DNA of 64,000 nucleotides from Nitrospirota bacterium (lineage in GTDB: Bacteria; Nitrospirota; UBA9217): contig CAVTRN010000001.1 in assembly GCA_963737155.1 (NCBI GenBank), positions 1,472,001 through 1,536,000 on the forward strand, given 5' to 3'. The notes under the pieces are model-generated. The model saw only the letters and a list, made by a program, of their open reading frames with translations. It did not search any database and was not told the origin of the DNA. Shown piece by piece: positions 62,611 through 64,000 of this stretch; positions within the stretch are counted from its first letter, which is position 1; each line of letters opens with the position of its first letter. The translations under genes were made by a program, and so were the position numbers.

Positions 62611-63900
62611 ATGGTGACGAGCCTACTCTCAATGATTTCCGGACAATACGCCAAGTCTTTAATTTTAGGGTCATTTTTCCCTTCATTGGTGTTCATAGTC
62701 CTGAATATGTTTTTCGTGAGCCCGCTGATACCGACGGGCTGGACTCCCCCGCATTGGCTTACAGCTTTGGATAGCCAGTGGCCAGTGCTTGTTGTAACTT
62801 TTGTAATAATTGTATTATCCGGATTATTGTATCAGTTCAATATCCCGATCATCCGTCTATATGAAGGTTATCCTTGGAAAGAGTCTTGCATCGGTATTTG
62901 GAGGAAGAAGCGTTATCAAAAATTGTTTGAGAACATCCGAAGTCGCTGGATAGGGATGCGCACGCTGCTGCGTAAGATGGGAAAAATACAGCCAGGTCAT
63001 CCGTCATATTCAGACGTTAACGCGTGTTGGGACAAATTTGGCTACAAAATGCGTGAGTTTCCAGAAGATGTCGAACTGGTATTGCCAACTCGGTTGGGCA
63101 ACGTGATTCGACGTTTTGAAGAATATCCTCTACGCCAGTATGGGATAGACTCTGTTCAGATGTGGGCGTGTTTGGTCAGCGAGATTCCGAGTAACTACGC
63201 GACAATTATCGACGATGCAAAGACTATATTTGATTTCACGATAAATCTCTCTTTTTTGATGACCATTCTGGCACTAGAGACTTTGGTGGTCGGACTGCTT
63301 TATCCTGCCTTTCACGTGCTAAATATCCAACAGCTGCTACAAAGGCTGCTTATGGTCGTCTTTTTCTTATTATTCTCTTTTCTCTTCTATTTCGTCTCGA
63401 TCTCTCGAGCTTCAGCTTGGGGGGCCACAGTGAAGAGTGCCTTCGACCTCTATCGATGGGAGTTGTTAACGCAAATGGGCTATCAACAGAAGCCGAAGAC
63501 AAATGAAGAGGAACGTCTCATGTGGAATTCGATCTCACGGCGTATGATTTATGGCAGGTCTCCGACTGAGCCGACACTGGACTATGCAACCAAGGTAACC
63601 TCTGTACAAGTGGATCCCGCAATTCTGGTATTAGACTATGTGAGAGGGGTTACGATAACGGATCAAGGCAAAAAAAACGTTGTTATTTGTATCAAGAATG
63701 ACGACCAACTCGAATGTGATGCTAAGAATGTTGTTGTAACAGACACATTGCCGGAAGGATATTTTTACGTTTGGAATTCGGTAAATGTTACAAATGGTAG
63801 CGTGTCGGTCACTGGCATCAACCCATATAGCTTCAAAATTGGTGCGGTGAAGTATAAGGAGGAGAAGATTCTAACGTATTCTATCGCACGTGCGGAGTAA
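62611..63900 (+). CDS. Membrane protein with C-terminal DUF11-like Ig domain
   Basis: TM segments, LPTRLGNVIRRFEEYP...YGID, NVVVTDTLPEGYFYV. Confidence 0.78.
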   Translation: MVTSLLSMISGQYAKSLILGSFFPSLVFIVLNMFFVSPLIPTGWTPPHWLTALDSQWPVLVVTFVIIVLSGLLYQFNIPIIRLYEGYPWKESCIGIWRKKRYQKLFENIRSRWIGMRTLLRKMGKIQPGHPSYSDVNACWDKFGYKMREFPEDVELVLPTRLGNVIRRFEEYPLRQYGIDSVQMWACLVSEIPSNYATIIDDAKTIFDFTINLSFLMTILALETLVVGLLYPAFHVLNIQQLLQRLLMVVFFLLFSFLFYFVSISRASAWGATVKSAFDLYRWELLTQMGYQQKPKTNEEERLMWNSISRRMIYGRSPTEPTLDYATKVTSVQVDPAILVLDYVRGVTITDQGKKNVVICIKNDDQLECDAKNVVVTDTLPEGYFYVWNSVNVTNGSVSVTGINPYSFKIGAVKYKEEKILTYSIARAE

Positions 63901-64000
63901 TGGAAAAAGCATGTAGATCTTGGTCTCTTTGCTTGCAGGATTGACTGTAAGGACCGAATGATGAGAGCTCTTCGATAGTTACTATTAAGCGGAGACGGCA

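Overview
An accessory, island-like 64 kb region of moderate GC content. Gene style suggests a Gram-negative anaerobe such as Desulfobacterota or Nitrospirota (inference). From left to right: the tail of a Tn7/Tn5053-like tniA-tniB-tniQ module, a tRNA-Glu-derived att core (4081-4124), defence-type cargo (HNH nuclease, Mrr, RelA/SpoT-TPR, type IIG R-M), two isolated integron attC cassettes, many pseudogenes, and three intact IS elements (IS1634, IS256, ISL3). The most striking content has three parts. (1) A minus-strand operon: TonB-dependent receptor (IS256-disrupted), an unannotated 33-aa Cys-Cys precursor peptide (32601-32702), radical SAM/SPASM maturase, periplasmic binding protein, HAMP-PAS HisKA_3 kinase, NarL/LuxR regulator. 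(2) Ten copies of a bipartite AGGG(A/T)3CCCC-GATTG box abutting sigma70 -35 elements across the window, a candidate regulon of that regulator. (3) A divergent locus of Sec-secreted RHS proteins with an array of three stand-alone variable Cys-rich 'heads' and orphan C-terminal toxin/immunity cassettes. Together these suggest a RiPP-signalled, quorum-like control circuit for secreted RHS and lipoprotein effectors; this functional link is inference.
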